A stretch of 64,000 nt of DNA from Candidatus Parvarchaeota archaeon (GCA_030615175.1 JAUWZX010000001.1:460044-524043); one strand, 5' to 3'; positions 8,854-19,227 are shown, counted from the first letter of the stretch. Notes: generated by a model from the sequence alone, not told the origin. Numbers and translations are program-made.

Positions 8854-9842
8854 TTCCTGCATCCCTGACTGCTTTTAAGGCTTAAGTATTTGATTTGAGG
8901 AGCTATTTTCGGAGTTTTCTTATTAATTCTTACTGGGAATCTGAGGATTATGAGCCTTTTTCTCGGACCCATCACGCTGCCTTTTAGCACTACGTAATCC
9001 TTTTTTATTATTCCATAACCTTTGAATCCTCCTTTAGGATTAACTTCTTCAGGCTTGTTTCCTATTTTTAGTATTAATTTATTAAACTCTGTTCTCGTAT
9101 GGTAACCCATTTGACCGAATTGAGGCACTCTCCAACTAACTTTGCTCCAGTTAGAGCCAAGCGTTCCTGCACCCCTCTTCGTCTTCTCGCTTTTATGACT
9201 TCTTATTCCAACACCATGCCTTTTAACGCTTCCCTGAGTGCCTTTTCCTTTAGTGACTCCATTAATGTCGATTTGCATTCCTTCTTTAAATATCTCGCTT
9301 ATCCTTATCTCCTTGTCAAGCGCTTCTTTTGCGTACTCTTTCTTTTCTTCAATGGTTCCTCCAAGCCCTACTTCAAATACTTCAGGCGTCTTCTTTAGTT
9401 TTATTAGGTTTGGCTGTGTTTGAACTATTAACCTGATATCATCATAATCAGTAATGTCTTCGAATTTTTTTGAATCCTTTTTTGATTGTTTTATTTTTCT
9501 TTTAAGGTTTTTATCGAATTTTTTTGTTAAAATTTGAGAAATAGTTTTTTTGCCGTAAGGCGTGTCCTTATAGAATCGCAACCCAATGATTTTCAAGGGT
9601 GGCGCTTCAAGTATTGTTACTGGCCAGAAAATGGGTTTATTCTTTGTGGGCGTGTTCTTCCTGTTATCAATTATTATTGCATGGCTCATCCCTGCCTTAT
9701 AAGCAGCGAATCCCACTCCTCCTGTCACTCCACTCACTTCTTTCCAGTTTACTCTAGGATACTGCCTCTTCGCTCTCTTCCTGTGCCAGTACCCCATGCT
9801 CCCTCTGTGAGGTCTGTGCACGTATCCAACTTTATGTCCCAT
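8850..9842 (-). CDS. rpl3: 50S ribosomal protein L3
   Basis: PHRGS, YKAGMSH, TKGKGTQG, GQMGYHTRTE, NPKGGF. Confidence 0.98.
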   Translation of the reverse strand: MGHKVGYVHRPHRGSMGYWHRKRAKRQYPRVNWKEVSGVTGGVGFAAYKAGMSHAIIIDNRKNTPTKNKPIFWPVTILEAPPLKIIGLRFYKDTPYGKKTISQILTKKFDKNLKRKIKQSKKDSKKFEDITDYDDIRLIVQTQPNLIKLKKTPEVFEVGLGGTIEEKKEYAKEALDKEIRISEIFKEGMQIDINGVTKGKGTQGSVKRHGVGIRSHKSEKTKRGAGTLGSNWSKVSWRVPQFGQMGYHTRTEFNKLILKIGNKPEEVNPKGGFKGYGIIKKDYVVLKGSVMGPRKRLIILRFPVRINKKTPKIAPQIKYLSLKSSQGCRK

Positions 9843-10008
9843 TTTTTGACATTCCTAACTATTTCGAACTCATAGGTACAAATCCCTATTCTCTTAATGG
9901 AAATAAATATTCTTTTTAAAGGTTTCTAAACTACAAACAAAAAGTTTTGTTGGCTGCTGTTTTTCTAATAGAAAATTTTATAAATACCTAATTCAACTTT
10001 TTATTCTA

Positions 10009-10788
10009 ATGAATGACATTGAGGTTTATAAGGAGTTATATGCGAACTTGATAGAGTATCATAAGGCTGTTGGTTCTTGCTTAGAACTCTATGTTGATGA
10101 CATTGACCTTGGCATCATGAAAATTTATTCAGATAACATTCTTGAGTTACTTTTTGATTATAATAATGAACAGACTATTTATGAAGTTATGAAGTTATTT
10201 GACCCTGATTTTGCAGAGGAGTTTAATAGTAATTTCTTAAAAAGTTATACTAATGGTTTGTTTGAATTAATCAAGAAGAGATTATATGATAATTATAATG
10301 TATTATATGACTTGCTCGTTGATGAGATTAAAATTTTAATTGGTCACGATAAGATGTTGGATAATTTCTTAATTAATTTATTAAAAGGGTCTCATGATGA
10401 TTACGAGAGGCACTTAAGTGTTAATTTTGATTTTAAGGCAGGCGATGAATTATCCTTTATTCATGATAAATTCTTTTTAAAATTAATTGGCAAGGATTAT
10501 TATCCTTTAATCAAGTATATTGATGATTTTAAGTTTTCCAAGTCAGGCAACCTGACTTTAGAGTTCCCTGAAAAAATTCCATACAGCAGGGCGGAGGGGA
10601 TTAAGTCAGAAATTCAATCCGTTATATCCAAGTTAAATGATGACAAGAATGAGAAATTAAGATATGTTTTGTCTGTTCATTTTCATTTAAGTTATGAGAT
10701 TTATAAGATGGTTCCAACATCAGTTAAGGATGCTTTAAAGAATATGAAAAAAATCCAAGACTCTTATGAAATAAATTATTTCACGTAA
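10009..10788 (+). CDS. Hypothetical protein
   Basis: 259-aa ORF with upstream TTTATAAA box; no recognisable motif. Confidence 0.6.
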   Translation: MNDIEVYKELYANLIEYHKAVGSCLELYVDDIDLGIMKIYSDNILELLFDYNNEQTIYEVMKLFDPDFAEEFNSNFLKSYTNGLFELIKKRLYDNYNVLYDLLVDEIKILIGHDKMLDNFLINLLKGSHDDYERHLSVNFDFKAGDELSFIHDKFFLKLIGKDYYPLIKYIDDFKFSKSGNLTLEFPEKIPYSRAEGIKSEIQSVISKLNDDKNEKLRYVLSVHFHLSYEIYKMVPTSVKDALKNMKKIQDSYEINYFT

Positions 10789-11294
10789 TCGTCAATGCTT
10801 TCTTGCGTCCCGTAAGCATTGATATTTTTTTGTATAATAATTTTCTTTATTGGAATTAAGTAGCAGCCAAGCCTTTTATTGTAAGGGAATAATCCATTCC
10901 TGGTGTTAGGCAGTGTTAATGGGAAGCCGTCCTTTATATTAAATCCTTTATCTTGTATTGCATTCCTTATTCCTTTTAGCACTCCTTTTGTTCTGGTTTC
11001 TTTATTGCCAGTTAATTTAAATTGCTCCCAAGTTAACATGTACCTCGCTATTAACCCGTTTTCTGCATTGCTTTTTAGTTTCCTTAATAATTTAGCGTAA
11101 TTTTCGCATTCCTTCACATCCCTGTTCCGCCATGCATAGTATAATTCACTGTTAACTTTATCCATTTTTAAGATAAAGTCAAGCGTTTCAGTGTCTTCAT
11201 TAATTTTTACAATTCCAATGTAGTCAATCCCGCTTGGATTAAAGAATAATTCTAAATTATGATTATTAATCGTGAAATAAGCATTACCTGACAT
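10776..11294 (-). CDS. Hypothetical protein
   Basis: 172-aa ORF 1 nt downstream of the SWIM gene, with GAGGTG SD. Confidence 0.65.
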   Translation of the reverse strand: MSGNAYFTINNHNLELFFNPSGIDYIGIVKINEDTETLDFILKMDKVNSELYYAWRNRDVKECENYAKLLRKLKSNAENGLIARYMLTWEQFKLTGNKETRTKGVLKGIRNAIQDKGFNIKDGFPLTLPNTRNGLFPYNKRLGCYLIPIKKIIIQKNINAYGTQESIDDYVK

Positions 11295-11295
11295 A

Positions 11296-12759
11296 TCATA
11301 AACACCTCTGCTTGTAAAACCCCGGGGTTAACGTTATTTTTTCCTTCTTTAATTGCTCTTCTGCTATATTCTTGCGCAAGTCAATTACTGCTTCTAACCC
11401 TGATGCCTGCGGTAATGGCTGCTTTACCATTCTTATATGCTCGTCTTTAACTTGTGGTTGTTCTGCATAAACAGGTTCTTCTTTAATGCTGGCGCATCCT
11501 TCTGTGATTAATTTACCTCTCTCAATGTTGCCTGTTAGAATGCAGGTATCCAAGTATCTTTTACCTAAGTTGTCCATTCCTGCTATTAGTAATATTTGGA
11601 TTACTGGGTCTAATATTATTTCAATGCCGTACCGGTTATATAATTCATAGTCAATGCGGCTTATTTTATACGCTTTCTTCACTTCTCTTTTCATCCTCTT
11701 ATTCCAGTTACTTAATTTTTTGTAGTCCTTTACTAACTCGTCAGCATACCTTTCATGTAGTATGTAAGCGTTGAATTGCTCGAATATTGGGTTTGAGTCT
11801 CCATTTGGCAGGCTTGGCTGTTCAAGCGGTGAAAACATGGTTATTAAGTCCTCAAGCCTTGGCGACCTTGCTTTATTCTTGTCTATTATCACTTTATCTT
11901 TGTACTGCCTTTTTAACCTGTTAATTGTTTGTTTTAATTTTTCATTAACTATTCTAATTCTTCCTCCATACTTTGCTTCTTGTTCCGCTGCCAGGGCGTG
12001 AATGCACATGACTAATTCCTTGCCGCTTTGCTCGTCTTTCACGACTCTTAAACTCTGGTCAGGGCAGCCGCAGTTAATCTCTGCTGTGTGCGGGAAGAAT
12101 ATTTTCACTCTGTCCAGTAGTTTGTCAGAGTAATTATTCATTTTCATGAACCTTATTGGGTAATTTATGTTAACTCTATACTCAAGTTGTTCTTGGCGGC
12201 TCTTACTGCTTACGCGTATTGTGCCGGCATTACCGATGAATTCGCCTTTAATGCTGCATTCAAATAAGTATTTGTCATTTTTACTTATTCCCCTGTCAAT
12301 CCTGTGCTGCTCCCATTTTTTAAGGTTTGATAATTTTAATACTTCATCTCCTAATCTTATGCAGTTAGCAATTACTGTGTTCACCGGGTCCTCGAAGTAG
12401 TAGTCATTGTTTGGTTTCCTAATGTAGAACACCCAGCGCCTGTTTTCCAGAAATCGGTAATTATTAATGTTATAATCAAAGGTTTTTATCATATCATGCT
12501 CCTGTCCATTAACGTTAATCATTCTAGGCATTCCTAGCCTGTAATCTGGTGTTACTTTTGGCAGTCTTCCTTTAATGAATTTCCCTGTGTAATAATTTTT
12601 TTCTTTGCCAATATTAAATAAGTGTTCACTTACTGTTCCCGTCTTAGTATTGTCAATGATGTTCATTAACATATCCAAGCCGAAGTATCTTTCAAAAGCG
12701 AGTGCTAGTAATTCTTCTTTAGCGTACCAGCATTCCCTTGTATTAATTCTTGGAGTCAT
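11296..12759 (-). CDS. Hypothetical protein with SWIM-type zinc finger
   Basis: CGCPD-x17-CIH motif (CxC...CxH) preceded by YRVNI. Confidence 0.65.
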   Translation of the reverse strand: MTPRINTRECWYAKEELLALAFERYFGLDMLMNIIDNTKTGTVSEHLFNIGKEKNYYTGKFIKGRLPKVTPDYRLGMPRMINVNGQEHDMIKTFDYNINNYRFLENRRWVFYIRKPNNDYYFEDPVNTVIANCIRLGDEVLKLSNLKKWEQHRIDRGISKNDKYLFECSIKGEFIGNAGTIRVSSKSRQEQLEYRVNINYPIRFMKMNNYSDKLLDRVKIFFPHTAEINCGCPDQSLRVVKDEQSGKELVMCIHALAAEQEAKYGGRIRIVNEKLKQTINRLKRQYKDKVIIDKNKARSPRLEDLITMFSPLEQPSLPNGDSNPIFEQFNAYILHERYADELVKDYKKLSNWNKRMKREVKKAYKISRIDYELYNRYGIEIILDPVIQILLIAGMDNLGKRYLDTCILTGNIERGKLITEGCASIKEEPVYAEQPQVKDEHIRMVKQPLPQASGLEAVIDLRKNIAEEQLKKEKITLTPGFYKQRCL

Positions 12760-12812
12760 TAAGTTATTCTTTGAAATTATTGATTTATAAGTTTATCCAA
12801 TACTGTTTTGTA

Positions 12813-14474
12813 TTAAAATTTTATCTTGATTTTTTCTTTCACATCAATTATTTCCTTTAATCTTTTCATCTCTTTTTTCACAGGCCTCATTAAGTACATT
12901 GTCTGGGCTATTCCGCCAGCCACGCCAATCCCTGCCATGATCAGCCCTAAATTACCTTCCATTACCATTTTCGTTAATGTTTCAAGCGGATTGCTCCAGT
13001 CAGCATAAGTTGATAGAATAGTTGTATATGTTAGGATGCCGTTGGTTAATGTGCTTCCTATTGACATGTAACTTCCTATTATTGACCTGCGCCTTACCTG
13101 TTTTAAGAAGTATATTAATTTCCAGATTGACTCCTCTGGGGGAAGGTTCTTTATTTCCTCTTTGAAAGTTTCTTTCCATTTCTTGTACATTAGAGTATTG
13201 CTGCTTTTGAATAAAAGGCTTGCAATGTTGGAAGTCATTGTGGAGTAAAAAGTTAATGGACCAAGAATAGGTATGTTGTTTATTGGGGAGTCCATTGCAA
13301 CACCAGTTGTTATGAGTAGGTTGAGGGCAGACTTTACTGAACCTATTGTTCCAAGAAAGTAATTCCTGCCGAGGACGCCTGATAATCTCTTCCCCTCCTT
13401 CCCTGCCCTGTCATTAATCATTGCTTCAAGCAGTAATTCTTTCTGATGGGAGATTGACTTTAGCATGTCTTCTAATTCAGGTTCTTCAGGTTCAACTGGC
13501 TTGTCAACTAAGTATAATGGTATGAGCCCGTCTATTATTTTATGTCTTACGCTCTCGAGTTCTCTGAATTCATTTCTTAGCAATTTTTCTTTAATCCATG
13601 CAGTTCCTGTACTAAAAGCCATGCCCGTTATCGCGAGCGAATAGAATATTGTTGGTATTGCTTTCCCTAAATAGGAGTCCGGGTTTAAGATAATGGCAGG
13701 GCCTCCAAACCATGGTGATAATGCGAGAGCTAATGAGACTGACCCCATGAAGGAGCCTAAACCAATTAAAGCCCAACCCCTTGTCTTCTCTGCATGCAAG
13801 ATGTCTGATACATATGTTTTCAAATAATTAAGAAGACCTGGATGCTCTGTTTTTATTTCCATGATTGCATCCGAAACGTATTCTTTCATATTCTTTATGC
13901 TAGGAGTTGAAATCCTTTTTTCCAAAGATAACGTGTCTTTCATGTTTTTCATATATTTTTTCGTATACCTATAAAGACCAGTCAGGTGGGCTGTCAGCAA
14001 GCCTCTTCTTTTTTTCTTTATGATCTCGCCATACCTGTATTCTCTTAGGGTTTTCATGTTAGGGCTGAGTTTTTCATTATTGCCGCATAAGTCATTTATG
14101 TTGGCTAAGAGCAGCCATTCTGCTGGAACTTCAAATTTTTCATGCTCTTCATTATAAATTATGCCCATTTCTGCAAGGGTTTCATAGTCATTATTCTTGA
14201 TGGGGGTGAAAATGTTTTCTGAAGTCATTGAGTATAATTTCTTTTTCAATTTATTTATCATATTCTTGTTTATTCTTGTTGTTGCCAAAAAGTAGTATAA
14301 GTCTTCAGCATTGAGTTCTTTTTTTTCAAGGATTTCTTCTAATTCAGGTTTTTTCTCTTCAGCTAAGTGTTTGTATAGAATGTCAGCTTCTTTCCTGTTA
14401 TTTGAGAAAGAGTGGTATAGGAATAATTTGTAAGATTTTTTCCATTCAGATGCTTTATTAAAGATTTGTGGCAC
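12813..14474 (-). CDS. Hypothetical multi-pass membrane protein
   Basis: 553 aa with several paired hydrophobic segments separated by basic helices. Confidence 0.65.
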   Translation of the reverse strand: MPQIFNKASEWKKSYKLFLYHSFSNNRKEADILYKHLAEEKKPELEEILEKKELNAEDLYYFLATTRINKNMINKLKKKLYSMTSENIFTPIKNNDYETLAEMGIIYNEEHEKFEVPAEWLLLANINDLCGNNEKLSPNMKTLREYRYGEIIKKKRRGLLTAHLTGLYRYTKKYMKNMKDTLSLEKRISTPSIKNMKEYVSDAIMEIKTEHPGLLNYLKTYVSDILHAEKTRGWALIGLGSFMGSVSLALALSPWFGGPAIILNPDSYLGKAIPTIFYSLAITGMAFSTGTAWIKEKLLRNEFRELESVRHKIIDGLIPLYLVDKPVEPEEPELEDMLKSISHQKELLLEAMINDRAGKEGKRLSGVLGRNYFLGTIGSVKSALNLLITTGVAMDSPINNIPILGPLTFYSTMTSNIASLLFKSSNTLMYKKWKETFKEEIKNLPPEESIWKLIYFLKQVRRRSIIGSYMSIGSTLTNGILTYTTILSTYADWSNPLETLTKMVMEGNLGLIMAGIGVAGGIAQTMYLMRPVKKEMKRLKEIIDVKEKIKIKF

Positions 14475-14533
14475 GTAATTAGTTATTAATTGTAAATGTA
14501 TTAAATTCTTTGTTGTCCTCTAAAAATTAGGCT

Positions 14534-14686
14534 TCATGAGCGCGTGCGTTTTTCAATGTTAATATTTATTACTTGCTTGCTTGTTGTTAATTTCCATTTC
14601 TTTAATTCTGGTATCTGCCTGCCGCAGAACGTGCAGCAAGGATAATCGTACGTTATTCTTTCACCGCAGTAAACACAAATAGCCAT
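14534..14686 (-). CDS. Small zinc-ribbon protein (50 aa)
   Basis: Manual translation MAICVYCGERITYDYPCCTFCGRQIPELKKWKLTTSKQVININIEKRTRS; two CxxCG knuckles; TTAAATA box about 25 nt upstream; below the ORF-track cutoff. Confidence 0.7.
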   Translation of the reverse strand: MAICVYCGERITYDYPCCTFCGRQIPELKKWKLTTSKQVININIEKRTRS

Positions 14687-14732
14687 ATTACTACTAATAA
14701 GTGACTAAAGTATTATTTAAGTGTTTCGGAGT

Positions 14733-15065
14733 CTACTCTATTATTTCTGGAGGCATTTTCGGTTTCTTAAGAGCTGAGAAGTACTTCATTATAACTGCTT
14801 TCTTATAAAATATTATCATGCCTATAGCAAATAAAAGGTAAGTCAGTGCTGTTATTAGTTCATAAATAATCTTATTATTATAGAGAATGTTGATTGATTC
14901 ATTGATTATGATTAATAAACCTGATGATAATATGAATGTCCTGCCGGCATTCAAGTATTTTAACTTCCTTGTTCTCTTAAGAATTGCAAGGGAGATTATT
15001 AATCCAATGATTAATTTAATCATGTTTAGGTAAATTAGTTCATTATAAAGGATTGATGATGACAT
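14733..15065 (-). CDS. Small membrane protein
   Basis: Three hydrophobic helices. Confidence 0.6.
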   Translation of the reverse strand: MSSSILYNELIYLNMIKLIIGLIISLAILKRTRKLKYLNAGRTFILSSGLLIIINESINILYNNKIIYELITALTYLLFAIGMIIFYKKAVIMKYFSALKKPKMPPEIIE

Positions 15066-15101
15066 TTATTAATGTTGAATTCTTTAAGTATTAATTAATT
15101 T

Positions 15102-16025
15102 ATGGTCTTCGTTTCAATTGCAATACTCAGTATTTGTTTTATTCTTTTATTATTGCTTAGTAATTACTTGATTGATGGCTTAGTCAGGTTCTCAAGGAGT
15201 TTGAAGTTAAGCCTTTTCTTCATTAGTTCATTAATACTTGCTATTGGCACGAGCATGCCTGAATTCGTAAGTGCTTTTGTATCTTCATTAATTAATGCAG
15301 GTGAGTTGGGTATTGGAGTGATTATTGGTTCAAGTATTACTAATATTTGTTTAATCCTTTCAGTAACTGCCTTGTTAAGCCCTATTAAGCGGATTAAGAA
15401 GTCTGAGTTAACATATAATATTGCAGTGCTGGCTTCATCAGTTTTATTCATGGTTTTAATGCTTGACTTCACGCTTTCAAGGATTGACGGTTTAATCCTA
15501 CTAGTATCCTATGCTGTTTACTTGTATGTGCTTTACAGGAAGGAGTTTGATTTTAAGGATAATTTCAATCCAGGCCCTTATGAGAATATTTATATTATAA
15601 TTCCTGGAGCAGTATTCGGTATTTTGATTGTTGGCTGGTTAATGGTTAATGTTAGTGTTTACATTGCTGAGATTGCTGGCTTGTCGCTTGGTTTTTTTGG
15701 TTTAACAATAATGGCTATTAGCACAAGCCTGCCTGAGTTAACAACTAGTATCACTGCTTCTGTTATTGGCAAGTCAAAGATTGCTGTTGCCAACATTGTT
15801 GGAAGCAATATCGTTAATTTATTGCTTATCGGAGGTTTAGTTGCTTTAATTAATCCTATACAATTAACTTATAATCCTGCGTTCATTTTTTCATTGATTT
15901 ACATGGTCTTCGTAAGTGCTTTAATGATGTTATTAACCAGGGATAAGGATGTTACTAGGAATGAGGGGGTAGTCTTCTTAATTCTTTACATTATTTACTT
16001 GTTAGTGCTTTCAGGTATGAATTGA
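15102..16025 (+). CDS. Cation/Ca2+ exchanger (CaCA, YrbG-like Na+/Ca2+ antiporter)
   Basis: Two alpha repeats, GTSMPE...GSSITN and STSLPE...GSNIVN. Confidence 0.93.
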   Translation: MVFVSIAILSICFILLLLLSNYLIDGLVRFSRSLKLSLFFISSLILAIGTSMPEFVSAFVSSLINAGELGIGVIIGSSITNICLILSVTALLSPIKRIKKSELTYNIAVLASSVLFMVLMLDFTLSRIDGLILLVSYAVYLYVLYRKEFDFKDNFNPGPYENIYIIIPGAVFGILIVGWLMVNVSVYIAEIAGLSLGFFGLTIMAISTSLPELTTSITASVIGKSKIAVANIVGSNIVNLLLIGGLVALINPIQLTYNPAFIFSLIYMVFVSALMMLLTRDKDVTRNEGVVFLILYIIYLLVLSGMN

Positions 16026-16049
16026 AATGAATTGGAGTTATTATTTTTC

Positions 16050-16565
16050 ATGAGTGAATATTATGATGCGCTGAGCAGTGGTTATGGCGAGTTGTATAGT
16101 GAGGAGCAGTTGGATAAGTTTGAGTTCTTAATGTCTTGGCTTAAAACTTTAAAAGGTTTCATTCTTGACTTGGGTGCTGGCACCGGCTTAATCCAGAAAT
16201 TCTTCATCCCATCAGTATCTGCTGATTCAAGCATTGAAATGCTTAAGAGGAATAATAATCCTAACCGCGTGTGTTGTGATGCGCGCTTCCTGCCTTTCAA
16301 GGATGAATCTTTTAATTCACTTATTAGTGTTACAATGCTTCAGGATGTTAAAGAGAAGCGCAGGGTTTTGCGTGAGATTGCTCGAGTCTGTAAAGGCGTT
16401 ATTATCTTAACAATCCTTAAGCGTAATTACAATAAGGAGCGTCTTGATGCGTTAATGAGCAAGAACTTCGAAATCATTTACTTTGACGTTCAGGGAAAGG
16501 ATTACTGCTATTACTTGAAGCGGAAGAAGCAGGAGGAAATTAAGAGATTAAGAATTAGATTTTGA
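16050..16565 (+). CDS. Class I SAM-dependent methyltransferase
   Basis: LDLGAGTG, D-S-EML, LPFKDESF; start placed at ATG 16050. Confidence 0.88.
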   Translation: MSEYYDALSSGYGELYSEEQLDKFEFLMSWLKTLKGFILDLGAGTGLIQKFFIPSVSADSSIEMLKRNNNPNRVCCDARFLPFKDESFNSLISVTMLQDVKEKRRVLREIARVCKGVIILTILKRNYNKERLDALMSKNFEIIYFDVQGKDYCYYLKRKKQEEIKRLRIRF

Positions 16566-16569
16566 TGAT

Positions 16570-17937
16570 TTATTTGCCTGCTGATTCCAGGCCATTAATG
16601 AATGTTAATACTTGTTCTTCTATTCTGTTAACATCTTCTGATAATATTTTTCCCTGTTCTCTTGCCTTTCTTATTCTTTTCATGTTGCTTAGGAATTCTA
16701 GCTGGTCCCTGTTCAGTTTTTCTTTCCTGACGAATTCTTTCTGGAATGCTTTTTCAACTTCCTTGCCAGCAATCACTCCAATAGCATTTAATGATTTCCT
16801 CATAGCGTTCTCAAACATTTTTTCAAGCCCGTCCAGTCTGTCATAAATTTTTTCTTTCTTTATTTGCTCGAATAACTTGTCCATTCTCTTATTGAATTTT
16901 TCAGCTCTTTCAAAGTGTTTCTGTAATTCAGTGCCGCTTAATTGCTTTTTTGTGGTATGCTCAATTGATTTCCTTGCTTGAATAACTTCCTCTAACCATT
17001 GAGGGTATTCCGGCTCCAGCATTTTTTCCTGTTCAACGAATATTTTCTTTAATAGTATTGGCGCTTCCCTGTAAGTCATGGGCATTACTCCGTAAAGCAT
17101 TAAAGCCGCTTGGGCTGGCATGAGCATTGCTTGGTATAACTTTTCTGATACTAATTCATTAATCTCGTTCCCGACTAATTTTAGTAATAGCCTGCCTGAT
17201 TTCTGGAAGTTCTCTATTGCTTCAGGGCTTGGCTTTATCTTTCCATGCTTTAATAATAATCTCCAAGGAGTGAATAATCCAGTATCATATAATGGGATTC
17301 CATCTCTTAGTAATGTGAATATTACTGGGCTAGCGTCCTTAATCCAGTCCCACACGTCAGTTAGTAAGTATACTTGTATTGCTCCGAATTTGGGGAATAT
17401 TTCATGACCTGCTTTGTTAATCATTGCCATTAAACGCTTCCTTGCTTCTGCCCTGCTCATATTCTTTAAGTCAGTGTCGTCTACAATAACTGCTAAGTCA
17501 ATATCTGATTCCTCTGTTGCCTGGCCTCTTGCCAGACTGCCGAATAATATTACGTTCATTATGTAGCGCTCGAATTTCTGCACTACTGCTAGTTTTAATC
17601 CTTCAGCTGCCTTCATTGCCTTCACAAACCCGTTATCATAATGAATTTCACTTGTTAGTATTGTCGCGAGTAAACTGTACTTCTTATCATATAAGGCTTG
17701 CCATAATCCTGATAATGGGAGTATTGATATTTTCTTGGCGTATGGTTTTAGTAATTTTTGCATTTTTTTAGGTTCTGCAATATCATTAATTATTACTAAG
17801 TTGTCTTTTTTTTCCTTAACTTTTAGTGTGACAACTGCGAGTAAATAATTTTTTAATGACGTCTTCATGTTCTCTATTAACTTGTTTAATTCTGTACCAC
17901 TGAGTTTCTTTTCCAAGCCTTTCTTTTCGTCTGCCAT
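16570..17937 (-). CDS. Nucleotidyltransferase (MNT/pol-beta) domain plus HEPN-like domain protein
   Basis: LFGSLARG...SDIDL motif; C-terminal helical region with ARKSIEH; degenerate NTase-like N-terminus. Confidence 0.82.
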   Translation of the reverse strand: MADEKKGLEKKLSGTELNKLIENMKTSLKNYLLAVVTLKVKEKKDNLVIINDIAEPKKMQKLLKPYAKKISILPLSGLWQALYDKKYSLLATILTSEIHYDNGFVKAMKAAEGLKLAVVQKFERYIMNVILFGSLARGQATEESDIDLAVIVDDTDLKNMSRAEARKRLMAMINKAGHEIFPKFGAIQVYLLTDVWDWIKDASPVIFTLLRDGIPLYDTGLFTPWRLLLKHGKIKPSPEAIENFQKSGRLLLKLVGNEINELVSEKLYQAMLMPAQAALMLYGVMPMTYREAPILLKKIFVEQEKMLEPEYPQWLEEVIQARKSIEHTTKKQLSGTELQKHFERAEKFNKRMDKLFEQIKKEKIYDRLDGLEKMFENAMRKSLNAIGVIAGKEVEKAFQKEFVRKEKLNRDQLEFLSNMKRIRKAREQGKILSEDVNRIEEQVLTFINGLESAGK

Positions 17938-18074
17938 AAGTATAAAAGAATAATCTTAGCCCTTTATAAATGTTTTTCATAAATTTTATATTGAATTTAT
18001 TTGCGTCAAGTGTTATTATTTACTCATAAGAGTGTTCCAGAATTAGAATTCACTTAGAGCAGTAACTCTTCTTG

Positions 18075-18182
18075 TTAGTGCATTACTTTTCTGTATATTT
18101 TGTATAGTAAGTAAATCGCTATTGGCACTCCAATTAAGGTTATAACGTCTTGTATTCTATCAATTATTTCCCATATTTCCAT
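18075..18182 (-). CDS. Possible 35-aa single-pass membrane peptide
   Basis: Manual translation MEIWEIIDRIQDVITLIGVPIAIYLLYKIYRKVMH in an otherwise empty gap. Confidence 0.35.
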   Translation of the reverse strand: MEIWEIIDRIQDVITLIGVPIAIYLLYKIYRKVMH

Positions 18183-18218
18183 TAAGTTTTTATAGTCATT
18201 AGTTGGTATTAAAATCTT

Positions 18219-18512
18219 GTGAATGCAGAGTTTTATGAGCCGGTTAGTTATGAGGATTTATTATTGAAGATTGATGAAGTGGTGCGGCTTAATAATCTTA
18301 TTAATGTCATGGTTGATGTTGAATTCAGGGATAGTTCTCTTGAAGCTGTTGATGAGATGAGGGTTAAGAGTGTTTTTAAAACGCCTAAATCATGGCGCCG
18401 TATTAGGGGTGTCTTGAAGCGTTACAGAATTTCTGATTTCACGATTACTTTCCCTGGTAAAGCCAGGATTATTCTGAAGTATGGCGATGAATTAATCATT
18501 AATGTGTATTAG
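18219..18512 (+). CDS. Hypothetical protein
   Basis: 97-aa ORF with TTTTTATA about 26 nt upstream. Confidence 0.55.
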   Translation: MNAEFYEPVSYEDLLLKIDEVVRLNNLINVMVDVEFRDSSLEAVDEMRVKSVFKTPKSWRRIRGVLKRYRISDFTITFPGKARIILKYGDELIINVY

Positions 18513-19227
18513 GGATTTCACTTAATATTTCATCTATTCCGCTTGTGCGTTCAAATAAGTCATTTTCTCCTATACAATTAAGTATTCCTTGATAAGCTAG
18601 TTTTAGTAGGTTAGGGATTATCCGCCGAGGTTCTGCTTTGTCGCCGAATAATTTTTCTACTTCGTTAAATCCTATTTCATTTACTTTATCTAAGTAATTG
18701 AAGCATTCATGTATGTATTCATCGTCATGCGCTTTTAACTTCTCATGGTATTCTGGGAAGAATCTTACGTGTAATTCACAGCTGAAGTGTGAATGCACTA
18801 TTTCATATAAGTAATCCTTAAACCATGTTCTTGCTTTGCTTGCATGTTTTTCACTTATTGCATTAATTTCTAATGGTTCTTTTAAGTAGAATTCTGGTTT
18901 TTCTTTTATTTTATAATATTTCTTTATTAAGTTCGTTCTTTCATGTTCTTCTTTTGTTAAATCATGTTTAGTTAGTAATCCTGTTAATCCGTGGCCTGCA
19001 AGGTTTAGTAAGTTCTCTATTTTAAACCAGTCATCTTTTTCAAACCAGAAGTGTAATTCTTCATTAATTACTTCAAGTATTGATTCCATATCAGGATTTT
19101 CATATTTATTCTTAAAATAATTAATTAAGTTATGCCTTAAGTAAGTGATAATCCATGGTTTTGCTTTTTCTATTTCTTCATATTTAATGGCATTTACTCC
19201 TGGTCTTAGAATTGCTTCGCCTCCCAT
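18499..19227 (-). CDS. Hypothetical protein
   Basis: 242-aa ORF with hints of an internal two-fold repeat (KAKPWIITYL / KARTWFKDYL; NLLNLAGHG / NLLKLAYQG). Confidence 0.6.
   Translation of the reverse strand: MGGEAILRPGVNAIKYEEIEKAKPWIITYLRHNLINYFKNKYENPDMESILEVINEELHFWFEKDDWFKIENLLNLAGHGLTGLLTKHDLTKEEHERTNLIKKYYKIKEKPEFYLKEPLEINAISEKHASKARTWFKDYLYEIVHSHFSCELHVRFFPEYHEKLKAHDDEYIHECFNYLDKVNEIGFNEVEKLFGDKAEPRRIIPNLLKLAYQGILNCIGENDLFERTSGIDEILSEIPNTH

Noticed and set aside
1748..9875. Plus-strand ORFs across the ribosomal operon
   Set aside because: They are antisense shadows of well-supported r-protein genes; the same applies to similar shadow ORFs elsewhere, such as 35596-35949 and 38417-38791.
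9843..9900. Autoregulatory leader of the L3 operon
   Set aside because: Only a 5-bp stem (ATAGG/CCTAT) is visible, which is insufficient without comparative data.
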